Assembly (NCBI RefSeq): GCF_000281045.1
Contig: NW_008246083.1
Coordinates: 227,219 to 291,218 of the forward strand
DNA: 64,000 bases
From: Saprolegnia diclina VS20
Lineage: Eukaryota
Reading direction: 5' to 3'
Shown here: piece after piece, positions 38,376 through 51,703 of the stretch
Position numbering within the stretch: the stretch's first letter is position 1
How the letters are laid out: every line of letters starts with the position of its first letter
Translations under genes and position numbers: made by a program
Notes under the pieces: model-generated
Seen by the model: the letters and a program-made list of their open reading frames with translations, nothing else
Told to the model about the DNA's origin: nothing
Databases searched by the model: none

Positions 38376-41300
38376 TTACAAGTCGTACTCGCGGCGCTGC
38401 GAAGAGAGCGAGCTCAGCGACGTGCCGCGGTGGTACGTGCGCACGGGGCGGAGGCTGCTGCCGTTCTTGGAGCGCTGGCGAAGCCCGTGGACGACGCCGA
38501 CTTCCTCGTCCTGGCCCGCCGCCATCGTGTTGAAGATCTCTTCGAGCGTCGTGTCGCTCACACTGTATTGCGCGATCTGCAGCGCCTCCTTCTGGTCTTC
38601 CATCCACGCAAAGAGCGACTGGAGCGTGTGGCCGTGCACTTTGGGGACTTGGAAGCGAAAGTGTTCGCCGTGGCTCTCGACGAGGACGACGCCGGGGACA
38701 TGAAACGAGAGCGCGTCGATAAGGCGCTGGCTGCAGTCCTGCAGCACCCACCACTGCCGGAGGACGTCGATGGGGACGCTGCCGTCCTTCTCGAGGTAGT
38801 GGGCGATGACCCAGTCGATCGCCAAGAGCTCCAGCCGGTCCTTCTGGCCCATGGCCTCGCAGAGGCCTTCAAGGTCCTCCAGTGCCAGCGACGGCTTGGT
38901 GGTCGGCAACGCGAGCATCACGTCGCCCTCGGGCGCCTCGAGCTTGAGGTCGAGCGTAAAGCCGCGGCCAAACTTGTGCTTGAGATGCTGCGCCGTGCCA
39001 AGACACTTAAGCTGCCCACTCACGAGGATGCCGATGCGCGTGCAGAGTGCTTGGCACTCCTCCATCGAGTGGGTTGTCAAAATCACCGAACAACTCTTCT
39101 CTTGCAGAACGCCGACAATCACGTCCCACATGTCGCGCCGCGCGGCCGGGTCCATCCCCGTCGACGGTTCATCGAGTAGCAGCAGCGTCGGCGACCCGAG
39201 CAGTGCGATGGCCGTCGACACCTTGCGCTTGTTGCCGCCACTGAGGCCCTGCGTCCGCTTGGCTGCAAACGCGTGCAGGCCAAACTGGTCGATCTTGGCG
39301 GCGACCGCGCCCTTGATGTCCACAACGCCCTTGAGACGCGCGTAGAGTTCGAGCTCCTCGTGGACCGTGAGCAAGTCGTGGAGTGCGTCAAACTGCGGAC
39401 AGTAGCCGGTCGAGGCCCGCGCCGCGCGAAGTTCGGCTGGCAACGGATGGCCATTGACCGTGACCGAGCCAGAGGTGGGCTGCAGCGCGCCATGGAGGAT
39501 CTGCAGCGTCGTCGACTTGCCCGCGCCGTTGATGCCAAGGTAGCCAAAGCACTCGCCTTTCGGGATGCCGAGGCTGAGCTGGTGCAGCGCAACCTTCTCG
39601 GCGCCGTACTGTTTGTGGAGCTTGTGCAAGACGACGTTGTCGCCACTGGCGCGGCCTTGCATGACGCGAATCGCTTCGGCGGCCACGTCGCTGTCCATAT
39701 TCTCAAGCGCCTTGTTGGGCTGCTGCCGGCGCGCCTCGTACGTCTGCGTTGCGCGGTCGGCGTAGAGCACCCAAAGCGAAAAAAGAACCACTTCGGCGAC
39801 GCCGTAGAGGAGACTGCGGCCGGCAATGTTGAACTCAAAGACGTCCGGGACGCAGCAGCCGGCCACGTTGGCACTCCAGCACGACTTGGCGAGCGGACAC
39901 GATGTTGCGACAATGTCGGCGCCGCCAAACGGGTTCCCGTACTTGCGCATGCCAATCTGGAAGAGCCCGTCCGTGAGCGCGTACCCGGGAAAGAGCAAGT
40001 AGACCCAGCGCAGGTACTGCGTGTCGAGCTGCGCGAATGTGAGCTGGTTCTTGATCAACTCAAAGTCGATCAAGCGGCAGAGAAACGAAATGATGCTGAG
40101 AAGACCGCCCGTGACGAGGCAGAACACCAGCACCGACGTCTGAGCGGCCGCGTGCTTTGTAAATCGAAACGTAAAGAGGTACGCGAGCGGCAGCATCGAG
40201 AGCACGTGCGTCAGCAGAAGGGCGAGGCCGCCGAGAATCGACGCCGAGTCGTTCTGGAAGCTCGCAAACGACGGCAGCAAGGCGACAGCGACGCCGACCG
40301 GCAGCAGCATGAAGAGCACGTCGTGCGTCCAAATCGAAAACCAGTAGGCAAACACGGACGAGCCGCAAGCGAGCTGCTGGTACTTGGCGTTCTGGTGCGG
40401 GTCCTTCTCCTTCACGATAAACACAACGATCGACGCCGGCACAAATGCAAAGCCAATGACAATGATGAGCGACGCGAGGAAGACGTTGATCTGGCCTTGG
40501 AGCTTGGCGTCGTCCTTCATCAAACAGCCACCCTTGTAGCATGGCCACTTGTTGGACGCGCAGCTCGAGCACGGATAATACGGCGAGATCGGCTGCGTAG
40601 CGTCGCAGCACGACGTCGCATTGCAGTTGCCAAGGCCGAGCGAGCAGTGGCTAAACCACTTGTTGAGACACGCCGTCTTGTTGCGGATCGGCCCACCCGG
40701 CGATGTACAGTACGGGTACGACGACGTTGTTTGGTTGGCCGCCACAGTGCCCGACGAGCACGAACTGGTCGAGCTGTCGCAGACAAAGACGTCACCTTTG
40801 GCTTGGCACTGGCAGTTGCCGCCGATCGTGTTGCCAAATGCGCACTTGTTGGTACTTTGCACCGAGGCGGCGCACGCGTTGTAGTACTCGGCGGCATACG
40901 AATCCGCCTTGTCGTACGTGGGGAGGTAGCTGGCAACGTTAATGCTCGGGATGAGCGCGAGCATGCCGAGGAAGAGCACAGGAATGAGCACCATAAAGAC
41001 CCACGCCTTCTTGTCGCGCTTCGAGACGCGAAACCTACGCCCGTACATAAACAAGATGCAGCATCGATGCAGTGGCATACCGCTTGTGCAACATCGCAAA
41101 GTACTGGGACGCAAAGGACGCCGTCCGTGTGCGCTGCGTGGGCCGGCGCTTGGGCTCGTTATAACCGAGTTGGCTCGCGCGCCACTCGCGCAGCTCCATG
41201 TCGCCGTTGCCGGCGGGCGGTTTGCCGTCGGCTACGATCCGCAGGAAGACTTCTTCGAGCGTCGTGACCGAGATGCCATATTCGGCGACACCGAGCGACC

Positions 41301-43718
41301 GGAGCGACTGGTCAAGAGCGCGGAGGAGGTCGGGGAACGTCGGACTTGCGTGCGTTGGCAGCTGCAAGACGACTTCGGCGCCGACGTTGCTAAGCACGTT
41401 CGTGTCGGGCACAAAGCGCCGCACAAACGCCACGAGGTCCGTCACGTTGCAGCTGTTGGTCTTGACGAGCGTCAGGTTGTAGCCCGTGCCGTAGAGCTGC
41501 TTGAGAAAGAGCGACGAGCCCGCGCAGCAGAGCCGACCGTCCGACAAGATGACGATGCGGTCGCCGAGCAGGTCGGCTTCGTCCATAAAGTGCGTCGTGA
41601 GCACCATGACCCGGTTCTCGCGGTTGCGCTGGAGCACGTTCCACGTAAACCTAGCCGCAGAAAACTATCAATCTATCAATTCGTAGCAAGAAAGACATAC
41701 CGGCGCGAGTACGGGTCCATGCCCGAGGTAGGCTCGTCCAGAAACACCACTTGGCTCTTCCCGAGCAGCGCGATCGCGACGCTGAGCTTGCGCTTCTGGC
41801 CGCCCGAGAGCTTGGCCGACGCGACGTGGCGCTTCTCGACGAGTCCGACCTCGGCGACCATCGCGTCAATCTGGGTGCTTGCGTCGTCAATGCCCTTGAG
41901 GGCCGCGTACAGCTGGAGGTGCTCGAGCACCGAGAGCTCGTCGTAGAGCACGTCGTGCTGCGGACAGACGCCCATGCTGGCGCGGATCGCGTCCATGTCG
42001 TCCGTGATCGTCTTGCCAAAGACGTAGGCCGTGCCTTTGGTCGGCGGGAAGAGACCCGTGAGCATCGAAATCGTGGTCGTTTTGCCCGCGCCGTTGTGCC
42101 CGAGGAACGCCGTGATCTGGCCGGCGTACATGGTCACATGGAGGTTGTGGACGGCAACCTTGCTGTCGCCGTCGTCCGTCTTGAACGTTTTCCGGAGTCC
42201 GACGAGCTGGACGCACTCGCCGGCCTGCTCCTTGAGACGCAACGCTTGCGTCGGCGGCTCGACGCTCGGGCCGTCATTCGGCGTTGGCACCGACGTCATG
42301 TCTGCGTAGTGGAAGGACGGCGACTCGACCGGCGTCGGCGTCCGCGGCGCCGGCCACCAATAGTCGCGCGTGAAGAGGAAGAGCCAGTGCTTGCGGACGC
42401 CGTACGCTTGCGGCACGACCTGCTGAAAGTACCAGCCAAGCACAAGCATCCAAATGCTGTCGAGCAAGAGGTACCACGTCATGTCGCCGGTCGTAATCAC
42501 ATTCGAGATCGGCGACGTCGTAGTTGCGATCGCGTAGTAGACGTCCGTGCCCCGCTGGGCTTGGACCACGAGGTAGTTGATACCGATGGCAAAGGCGGTC
42601 GGGGCACTCCACGCAGCGCCATACTGTTGCGCCAGCGACTTGCTCTGGACAAGGTAGAAGGGCAAGAAGGCAAGGACCCACACCAAGACGGAAGCGATCG
42701 CAGCCGTCTTGGACTTGTTGAAGAAGACGCCGACGAGGTTCGCAAAGCTCACAATCGCAAGGCCAAACGCCGCAAAGAAGAGGAAGAGCGTCGCGAGGTC
42801 GGCCATCGGGAAGACGTTGCCGTACTTGAGCTCGACTGCGAGCAGTAGCGCGATCGGGGTGTACTGAAGAAAGCCAGAGATGTACCACGAAAGCAGCAGC
42901 GGCGCTTCGTAGAGGCCCATCATACGCATGCCTTCGGTGAGCCGCTTCTCCTTCTCGAGCACCATCTTGGAGGTGAGCGACGGAACAAAGCGGAGGTACG
43001 AGAGGAGGAAGAACATGCCAAAGACCGGCTGCCCGCTCGAGTAGAAGGACGTGGCAGTCGACGACGGACTGCCAATGCCAAAGATATTCGGGAGCGTGTC
43101 CATGCAGTTCAAGTACATGACCACCGAGCAGTTGGTGCTCGTGCAGGGCCGTGTCGTGACGGACGTTGAACTGTCGTTCGAGCCGGCGATCGTGTCGAGG
43201 TTGCCGAGGATCACGAGCGCGACGACGAGCACGAGCGGTAAGAGGCTCTCGATAAGCGTGCGCCACGGGTGTTTTCGCGCGAGGAGCATGTTCTTCCAGA
43301 CAAGAACGCGCATCTGCGAGAGGTTGCGTACGAGGTACGACCACTTGTTGCGCGGGTCGGCGGTCGCCCGGCGCTTGGCGACGACGACGAGGCCCGCGAC
43401 CGCGACGACGGCGACAAGCAAAAGGCTTACGATCGTGATGGCGCCAATAGCCGCGGACGAGAGGCCGCCGCACTGTGTGATGCTCGATAGCGTCCTGTCG
43501 ACTACCTTCTTGCAGCTCGCGGTGGCGGTCTGCGCGACGCAGTTGGTCGCGGTCGTGAGCGCGTCGCAGCACGCGGACGAGCCATGGCCTGAGCACGCGA
43601 GGTCGCAGCTCGGCGATGTGAAGAGGCCGGACGCGATGACGCAGGCGTAGTAGGCGTAGTCGCCGCCGGCGTCGGCGAGGCAGCTCGAGAGCTGTGATGC
43701 GAGCGCGGCCGAGCTCAT
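38376..43718 (-). CDS. ABCA-subfamily full ABC transporter, copy 1
   Basis: LVWKNMLL...E..LP; MVLEKEKRLTEGMRMMG; NBD1 GHNGAGKT/LSGGQ/FLDEP; NBD2 GINGAGKS/LSGGN/LLDEP/LTTHSMEE. Introns 41651-41700 and 41035-41080. Confidence 0.95.
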
Positions 43719-45805
43719 TTCGCGAAATGGGCAGTGGCAAGCCGGACGTCGCCAGCCGATCTTCACGCACGAGCGACATGCCCTTCGAACTTCGGTTTGC
43801 AGCCACTGGATTGCAAAGTAGCCAATGGGATCGCGGCATTGTGCTAATATATATTGTGATCCTGCGACGGCCGGCCCAATATGATGCCCCGTGAACACAC
43901 ATTTTGCAATATACTGGCAGACAACGACCCACAAGACGACGCCTCACACATTGCGAAGCGATTTGTGGCGTCAATGGGACGGACATACCCCGTACGGTCT
44001 CTTGGAGTTACTCATTAGACGCGTGCGTGGACACGCTTGTCTATTGATGGGGACGGAAGGGCCACTCTGGGACGGAGTTTCTATTATTTGGCGTTGCTAG
44101 GGAGGGGGTGCGTGTTTGGTTCGTACCTCGTGTCCGCATGACACGTCGTGGGATACAAGATTCACGTTTGTATGACGTGGTGCCCTTCCGTGACTCAGCG
44201 ATAAACTGCGCACTGCGCAGGGAGAGGGACTGGCCACACGCGCGATGTGGTTGAAAACAAATATTCTGTGAACCGAAGTTCGAAGCACTTGGCGGACAAG
44301 GTGTCAGACACTGGCAAATATTCGCAAGAGCCAGCGAGTTCGTTCGAACTCGGCGGAGAAGTCCACTCGGTTAGCATGTACACAAATGACTCACCTTTTA
44401 TTTTGGACGCAGGCATAGGTCGACGCTCATGCTACGGTTCTTGTATACTCGATCAAAGTCCCGGTCCCGCGACTCCTGGTTCGGGTGCGGATTCGGTACA
44501 TTGTCTAATCGCGTTGAAGTTGTAGCGTCGTCGGATCGTAAGTATCACCCTCCAGTCCACACGACTAGTGTAACGTGCTGGGAATCAAGGAATAGCAATC
44601 CCCACTCCATCGAGTGCGTACATTACACTGCAGTAGCTTGTTGTACAGTACTAGTCGAAGCCGCTGTTGCTGCACTAGTACACGTACTAGCAATGCCGAT
44701 GTCGCTCGACGTCGACTCGTTCCAAACTCCTTGCAGGCTCTTTCGTCAAGGGCATGTCCTTGCTGTTGTGCCTGCTTCTTCTGAAACCGGAGCTTGTGCC
44801 CAGAATGAGCCAGGGATATGGTCTGCGCGCAAACCAAACCTCGCTGCCGACGCCGCATCCAGAATTATTGCGATCAGCCTGTATATGTCGCTGGTATCGT
44901 GACAGCGGATCAGGAAGGCGAGTCAAGTACAATCCAGCAGTGCATTTTAGACGCCCGGAAGCGACGCGGATGCAACAACCTACTGCGACGCTGCCCGACG
45001 CGGTTCCCGGCAATGTGTCTTCGCCTGCTTGGTTTATACGGTGACGTCGGTGCTGCCATGGCTAAGGAACTTGTTCATGATGCTTGCAACGACTACCGCC
45101 GAGCTCTCCGTGCCGTACTCGAATGGACTCAAACTGCCCGCGATCATGCGGCAGCTTTTTCTGAAGTGCTTGTCTGGCTGCTCGACCTAGCGACTAGCAA
45201 CGCGGCGCCCGAAGCGCTGACGGAGATGAGTCGTCCTGGTGCGAAATGCTTTTACACGCTGCTCAAAGCCCTTGGCAACACATCCACAAGCTTGACGAAT
45301 GCAGCGAAAGCGCTTCGACGCAGGCACGACCAGCCACCACTCGTGCGCTACGACACGGAGATCGGTGACACTCGATGAAACTACGCTCGATCAAGTGCCG
45401 GTTGAGACTGTCGAGGGTGCCGCCGAGCCTCGACGATTGTCCTGGCAGCGGTGATTGACGTCATTGTCGCCAGCATCAATTCGGTCGCCTCTCGCCTCAG
45501 AGACGCATGTCCTTGCTCAACTGCAATAGGGTCCGCCACCGTTTGCAGACGCCGACTCCACGGTCACCCTAGATTGGACGGGCGCGGCCGTCGCGCTACA
45601 TAGAGCAATTTGCAAAGTTGGTATTGCCGCCCGAACTAGCAAAGCCACCCATGAAAGCCACCGACCAAAGTGTAATTTGAACAAATATTCGTGTCTCGGC
45701 GCTGTTGACCATGAAACAACATGGACCCTTGAGTTATTTGTGGACTACAAAACCACACTCGTCGTAGAATAACTTGTTGGGGCTCTTCGACTCTGGAGAG
45801 GCAGC

Positions 45806-48800
45806 ATGAGCTCGTGGCTCGAGACGCAACTCGAAAAGTGCTTCTTCGCCGCCAAGAACGACTTGAACTACTACTCGTGCCTCGTCAACGCCGGCGTCTT
45901 CTCGTCGTCGACGTGTGCGCTCACGTGTGCAGACGGCGCGGCGTCCTGCTGCAGCACATCGGTGGCCGCAACGCAATGCGCCGCCCAGCCATCAACACGC
46001 GCGTGCAAGGTGCTCTTCGATACGTACCTCTTTGAACCGCTCGGGTGCGCCTCCCTCTCTCGCGCTGCGATCGTCGCCATCAGTCTCGCCGCGCTGCTCT
46101 TCCTCGTTGGGCTTTTCTGGCTGCTCGTGCGCTGGCGCAAGCAGCGCGCGACCAAGACGTCCCAACGCTACGCGAGCTACTTGCGCTTGGAACGCCAAGT
46201 GCGCATCTTGGTCTGGAAGAACTTTCAACTTATCAAGCGCCGGCCGTTCCGCGCGCTCTTCGAGTTGCTGCTGCCGCTCCTCCTTGTCGGTGCGCTCGTC
46301 GTCCTTGGCTTCCTTCCCACGTTTGCGGCCTCGTCGTCCGATGAGTTTTGGAGCACTCGGTCGAACTGCGATGGCGAGCTCGACTGCACGACTGTGTTGC
46401 TGTCAACGTGCTTGGCCAACCTCCCGCGGCTTCTCCAGACTGGCGCGCCTTCGTCCACGTCGTCAACCTTCTACACGAGCGGGCAGCCGGTCTTTGGCAT
46501 GTTCTTCCTCCTCTCGTACCTCCGCTTTGTGCCGTCGCTCACCTCCAAGATCGTGCTCGAGAAGGAGAAGCGGCTCACCGAAGGCATGAAAATGATGGGC
46601 GTCTCGGACTCGGCGCTGCGCGTCTCGTGGCTCCTTGGTGACCACGTCGTTTACACGTGGCTCGCACTTGCCATCGCGCTCGAGCTCAAGTTTGGCAACG
46701 TGTTTCCGATGGCCGACCTCGCGACGCTCTTCCTCTTCTTTGCGGCGTTTGGTCTCTCGATGGTCTCGTTTGCAAATCTCATGAGCATCTTCTTCAACAA
46801 GTCCAAGACGGCGGCAATTGCGTCCGTCTTGGTGTGGGTCCTCGCCTTCTTGCCCTTCTACGCCGTCGACGCCTCGTCGCATACGTCCAAGTACGCAGCC
46901 GCGCTGAGCGCCCCGACGGCATTTGCGTTAGGAATCAAAGTGCTCACGCAGCAGGCGCAGCGCGGCACCGAGCCCTACTACAGCATTGCGTCGGCGCAAG
47001 CCACTGGCGGGAGCCGAGTCAGCGACATGACGTGGTTCCTCTTTAGTGACGCTGTCGTCATGCTGCTGGCGTGCTGGTACTTTGAGCAGGTCGTACCGCA
47101 ACAGTACGGTGTGCCCAAGCCCTGGCACTTCCCCTTTCATCGCGCTTACTGGGCTCTACGGAGCGAAGCGCCGCGCCAGTTTCGCCGCCGGTTCACTGCG
47201 CGGTTCACCGACATCCCCGACTACGAAGCCATGTCGACACCCTCGAGCAGTGAGGCATCAAGCATGCAGCAAGCCAACGTCGAGCCGCCGACGCAAGCGT
47301 TGCGTCTCAAGGAGCAGGCCGGCGAGTGCGTCCAGCTCGTCGGACTCCGGAAAACGTTCAAGACCGACGACGGCGACAGCAAGGTTGCCGTCCACAACCT
47401 CCATGTGACCATGTACGCCGGCCAGATCACGGCGTTCCTCGGGCACAACGGCGCGGGCAAAACGACCACGATTTCGATGCTCACGGGTCTCTTCCCGCCG
47501 ACCAAAGGCACGGCCTACGTCTTTGGCAAGACGATCACGGACGACATGGACGCGATCCGCGCCAGCATGGGCGTCTGTCCGCAGCACGACGTGCTCTACG
47601 ACGAGCTCTCGGTGCTCGAGCACCTCCAGCTGTACGCGGCCCTCAAGGGCATTGACGACGCAAGCACCCAGATTGACGCGATGGTCGCCGAGGTCGGACT
47701 TGTCGAGAAGCGCCACGTCGCGTCGGCCAAGCTCTCGGGCGGCCAGAAGCGCAAGCTCAGCGTCGCGATCGCGCTGCTTGGGAAGAGCCAAGTGGTGTTT
47801 CTGGACGAGCCTACCTCGGGCATGGACCCGTACTCGCGCCGGTATGTCTATCGCGCTACGAATTGATAGATTGATAGTATTCTGCGGCTAGGTTTACGTG
47901 GAACGTGCTCCAGCGCAACCGCGAGAACCGGGTCATGGTGCTCACGACGCACTTTATGGACGAAGCCGACCTGCTCGGCGACCGCATCGTCATCTTGTCG
48001 GACGGTCGGCTCTGCTGCGCGGGCTCGTCGCTCTTTCTCAAGCAGCTCTACGGCACAGGCTACAACCTAACGCTCGTCAAGAACAACAGCTGCAACGTGA
48101 CGGACCTCGTAACATTTGTGCGGCGCTTTGTGCCCGACACGAACGTGCTTAGCAACGTCGGCGCCGAAGTCGTCTTGCAGCTGCCAACGCACGCAAGTCC
48201 GACGTTCCCCGACCTCCTCCGCGCTCTTGACGACGAGTTGGTGGCGCTGGGCATTCTCGAGTATGGCATCTCGGTCACGACGCTCGAAGAAGTCTTCTTG
48301 CGCATTGCCCACCAAGGCGACGTCAAGGGTCCTTCCGAAGCCCTTGTCCATTGGCGTGAGAGTCAGCGCAACCTGTTCGCAAAGCCTCCTCGGGCAGCCG
48401 CCGAAGCAACGCGGCCGCCGTCGTTTCGCCACCAATACATGGCCATGCTTCAGAAACGGTATGTCGATTTGCATCCTCTAAAGTCAAAATTTGTGTTGCA
48501 ATTCACATCAACTGATATGATAGCTGGCGCGTATCCCGGCGGGACAAGAAGAACATGGTGTTTACACTCCTCATCCCCGTGCTCTTCCTCGGGATGCTCG
48601 CACTTCTGCCGTCCATTCGAGTCGCGAGCTATCTCCCATCGTACGCGCTTGGCGTTAGCACAGAAGAGGTCGGCAACTACAGAGGCTGCAACGTCGTTCT
48701 CACCAACTCGACGACCAACTACGAGTGTGCCTACGGTATCACGCCTGCCGTGTGCCCCAACTGCCAGCCCTTCATGTACGGCTGCGAAGTGACCAACTAC

Positions 48801-51173
48801 TGCTCGGAGGGCGACATCCGAGGCAACTCGTCGTACCCGTACTGCGCAATGCCCGGTGGATTTCTCCGGAACACCAGCGTCTGCGTCACAGAGTGGTTCA
48901 GCCACTGCTCGCTCGGCCTCGGCGACTGCGATGCATCCACATGCTGCGACGCCACGCAGCCGATCTCGCCGTATTATCCGTGCTCGAGCTGCGCATCCAA
49001 CAAGTGGCCGTGCTACAGCGGCCGGTGCCTCGTCAAGCGCGACGCCAAGCTCCAAGGCCAGATCAACACCTTCCTCGCGTCGCTCATCATTGTCATTGGC
49101 TTTGCATTTGTGCCGGCGTCGATCGTTGTGTTTATCGTGAAGGAGAAGGACCCGCACCAGAACGCCAAGTACCAACAGCTCGCTTGCGGCTCGTCCGTGT
49201 TTGCCTACTGGTTTTCGATCTGGACGCACGACGTGCTCTTCATGCTGCTGCCGGTCGGCGTCGCTGTCGCCTTGCTACCGTCGTTTGCGAGCTTTCAGAA
49301 CGACTCGGCGTCGATTCTCGGCGGCCTCGCCCTTCTGCTGACGCACGTGCTCTCGATGCTGCCGCTCGCGTACCTCTTTACGTTTCGATTTACAAAGCAC
49401 GCGGCCGCTCAGACGTCGGTGCTGGTGTTCTGCCTCGTCACGGGCGGTCTCCTCAGCATCATCTCGTTTCTCTGCCGCTTGATCGACTTTGAGTTGATCA
49501 AGAACCAGCTCACACTAGCGCAGCTCGACACGCAGTACCTGCGCTGGGTCTACTTGCTCTTTCCCGGGTACGCGCTCACGGACGGGCTCTTCCAGATTGG
49601 CATGCGCAAGTACGGGAACCCGTTTGGAGGCATGAGCACAGGTTCATGTCCGATCGAACAGTCCTGCTGGAGTGCCAACGTTGCTGGTTGCTGCACAGCC
49701 AACTTGTTTGAACTGTCGGTCGCCGGGCGAAGCCTGTTGTACGGCGGTGTCGAAGCGGTGCTGTTTACGCTTCTAGTGCTCTACGCCGACCGACCGACTC
49801 GCGCTCGGCCACCGACCAAGGCCGACAACGCCTACCGCGAGCGCGGAGGCTTTCTTGAGCCAGACGTGGCCGCCGAAGCGATTCGCGTCATGCAAGGCCG
49901 CGCCAGTGGCGACAACGTCGTCTTGCACAAGCTCCACAAACAGTACGGCACCGAGAAGGTTGCGCTGCACCAGCTCAGCCTCGGCATCCCGAAAGGCGAG
50001 TGCTTTGGCTACCTCGGCATCAACGGCGCGGGCAAGTCGACGACGCTGCAGATCCTCCATGGCGCGCTGCAGCCCACCTCTGGCTCGGTCACGGTCAATG
50101 GCCATCAGTTGCCAACCGAACTCCGCGCAGCGCGGGCCTCGACCGGCTACTGTCCGCAGTTTGACGCACTCCACGACTTGCTCACGGTCCAAGAGGAACT
50201 CGAACTCTACGCGCGTCTCAAGGGCGTTGTGGACGTCAAGGGCGCGGTCGCCGCCAAGATCGACCAGTTTGGCCTGCACGCGTTTGCAGCCAAGCGGACG
50301 CAGGGCCTCAGTGGCGGCAACAAGCGCAAGGTGTCGACGGCCATCGCACTGCTCGGGTCGCCGACGCTGCTGCTACTCGATGAACCGTCGACGGGGATGG
50401 ACCCGGCCGCGCGGCGCGACATGTGGGACGTGATTGTCGGCGTTCTGCAAGAGAAGAGTTGTTCGGTGATTTTGACAACCCACTCAATGGAGGAGTGCCA
50501 AGCGCTCTGCACGCGCATCGGCATCCTCGTGAGCGGGCAGCTCAAGTGCCTCGGCACGGCGCAGCATCTCAAGCACAAGTTTGGCCGCGGCTTTACGCTC
50601 GACCTCAAGCTCGAGGCGCTGCCCGAAGATACTTGGCCTCTGTTGCCAACAGCCTCCACAATGCTGAGCATGGACGACATGGCGGCTCTCTGCGACGAAA
50701 TGGACTGTGCACCGCGACTGGAGCGGCTCCAGGCGGACTGGGTCATCGCCCACTACCTCGAGAAGGACGGCGGCGTCCCCATTGCCGTGCTTCGGCAGTG
50801 GTGGGCGACCGACGATGCCAGCGACGCGCTCTTGAAGCGACTGGACGCGGACCTCGAAGGCACGACGCTCATCGAGCATCACGGCGAGCACTTTCGTCTC
50901 CAAGTCGAGAAGGCGTTTGGCCACACGCTCCAGTCGCTCTTTGCGTGGATGGAAGGCCACAAGGAGGCGCTCTTCCTTGCGCAATACAGCGTGAGCGACA
51001 CGACGCTCGAAGAGATCTTCAACGGCATGGCCGCGAGTCAGGACGAGGAGAGGCTCAGCGTCCATGGCCGCCGCCAGCTCGCGCTCCGGGCGAGTAGCCC
51101 GCAGTCGGTGCGGTCGTACCACCGGTCAAGTTCGCTGCACAAACTGCCCATCAAAGCCAAGCCCGTGCTCTGA
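45806..51173 (+). CDS. ABCA-subfamily full ABC transporter, copy 2
   Basis: Same motifs and intron positions as copy 1 (introns 47842-47891 and 48459-48523); inverted paralog. Confidence 0.95.
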
Positions 51174-51703
51174 GCCTACATTGTCACGTCGACTAGTAAC
51201 CTGCATTTATATGATCACCATGTTTCTGTTCTACAAATGGCAGCCGACACGATCGCTGCGGTGGAAACCCCAACCCTAATCGCGGTGCCGGGGTTAGGAC
51301 TGGCTGGGCGGGCTACGTTGTTGATAAGGATGACGGAGCTTGAACCTCGCACCTCATGAGAGCCACGGAGGCTTCGACCTTCAGCTCAAAACGTTGTCGT
51401 CTGGGTGCATATGCCAGTACTAGTGTGCATTTTCACAGCATATTAGCATGATATACTACTGTAGTATAGGACTCAAACATGCTGGCGCCCAGGTCTGTGG
51501 CCGATGCGAGGAAGAGAGCGAGATGGCTTGACAAGTAGGTAAATTTGAATGGGCCCAGGTCGTCTATGTGTTCGGCCCGACAAGTACAGTGCGAGGTGTC
51601 ACCTGCTTTGGCCACGCTCCTTCTTCAACCACCACTGTAGCATTGCGTTTTACTATAAAACGCATCTGGCGTTTGACGTTAAACCCACCCGGTCAAGGGC
51701 AAA

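Noticed and set aside
51265..51300. AACCCTAA...GGGTTAGG telomere-like short inverted motif
   Set aside because: Single imperfect units, compatible with chance.
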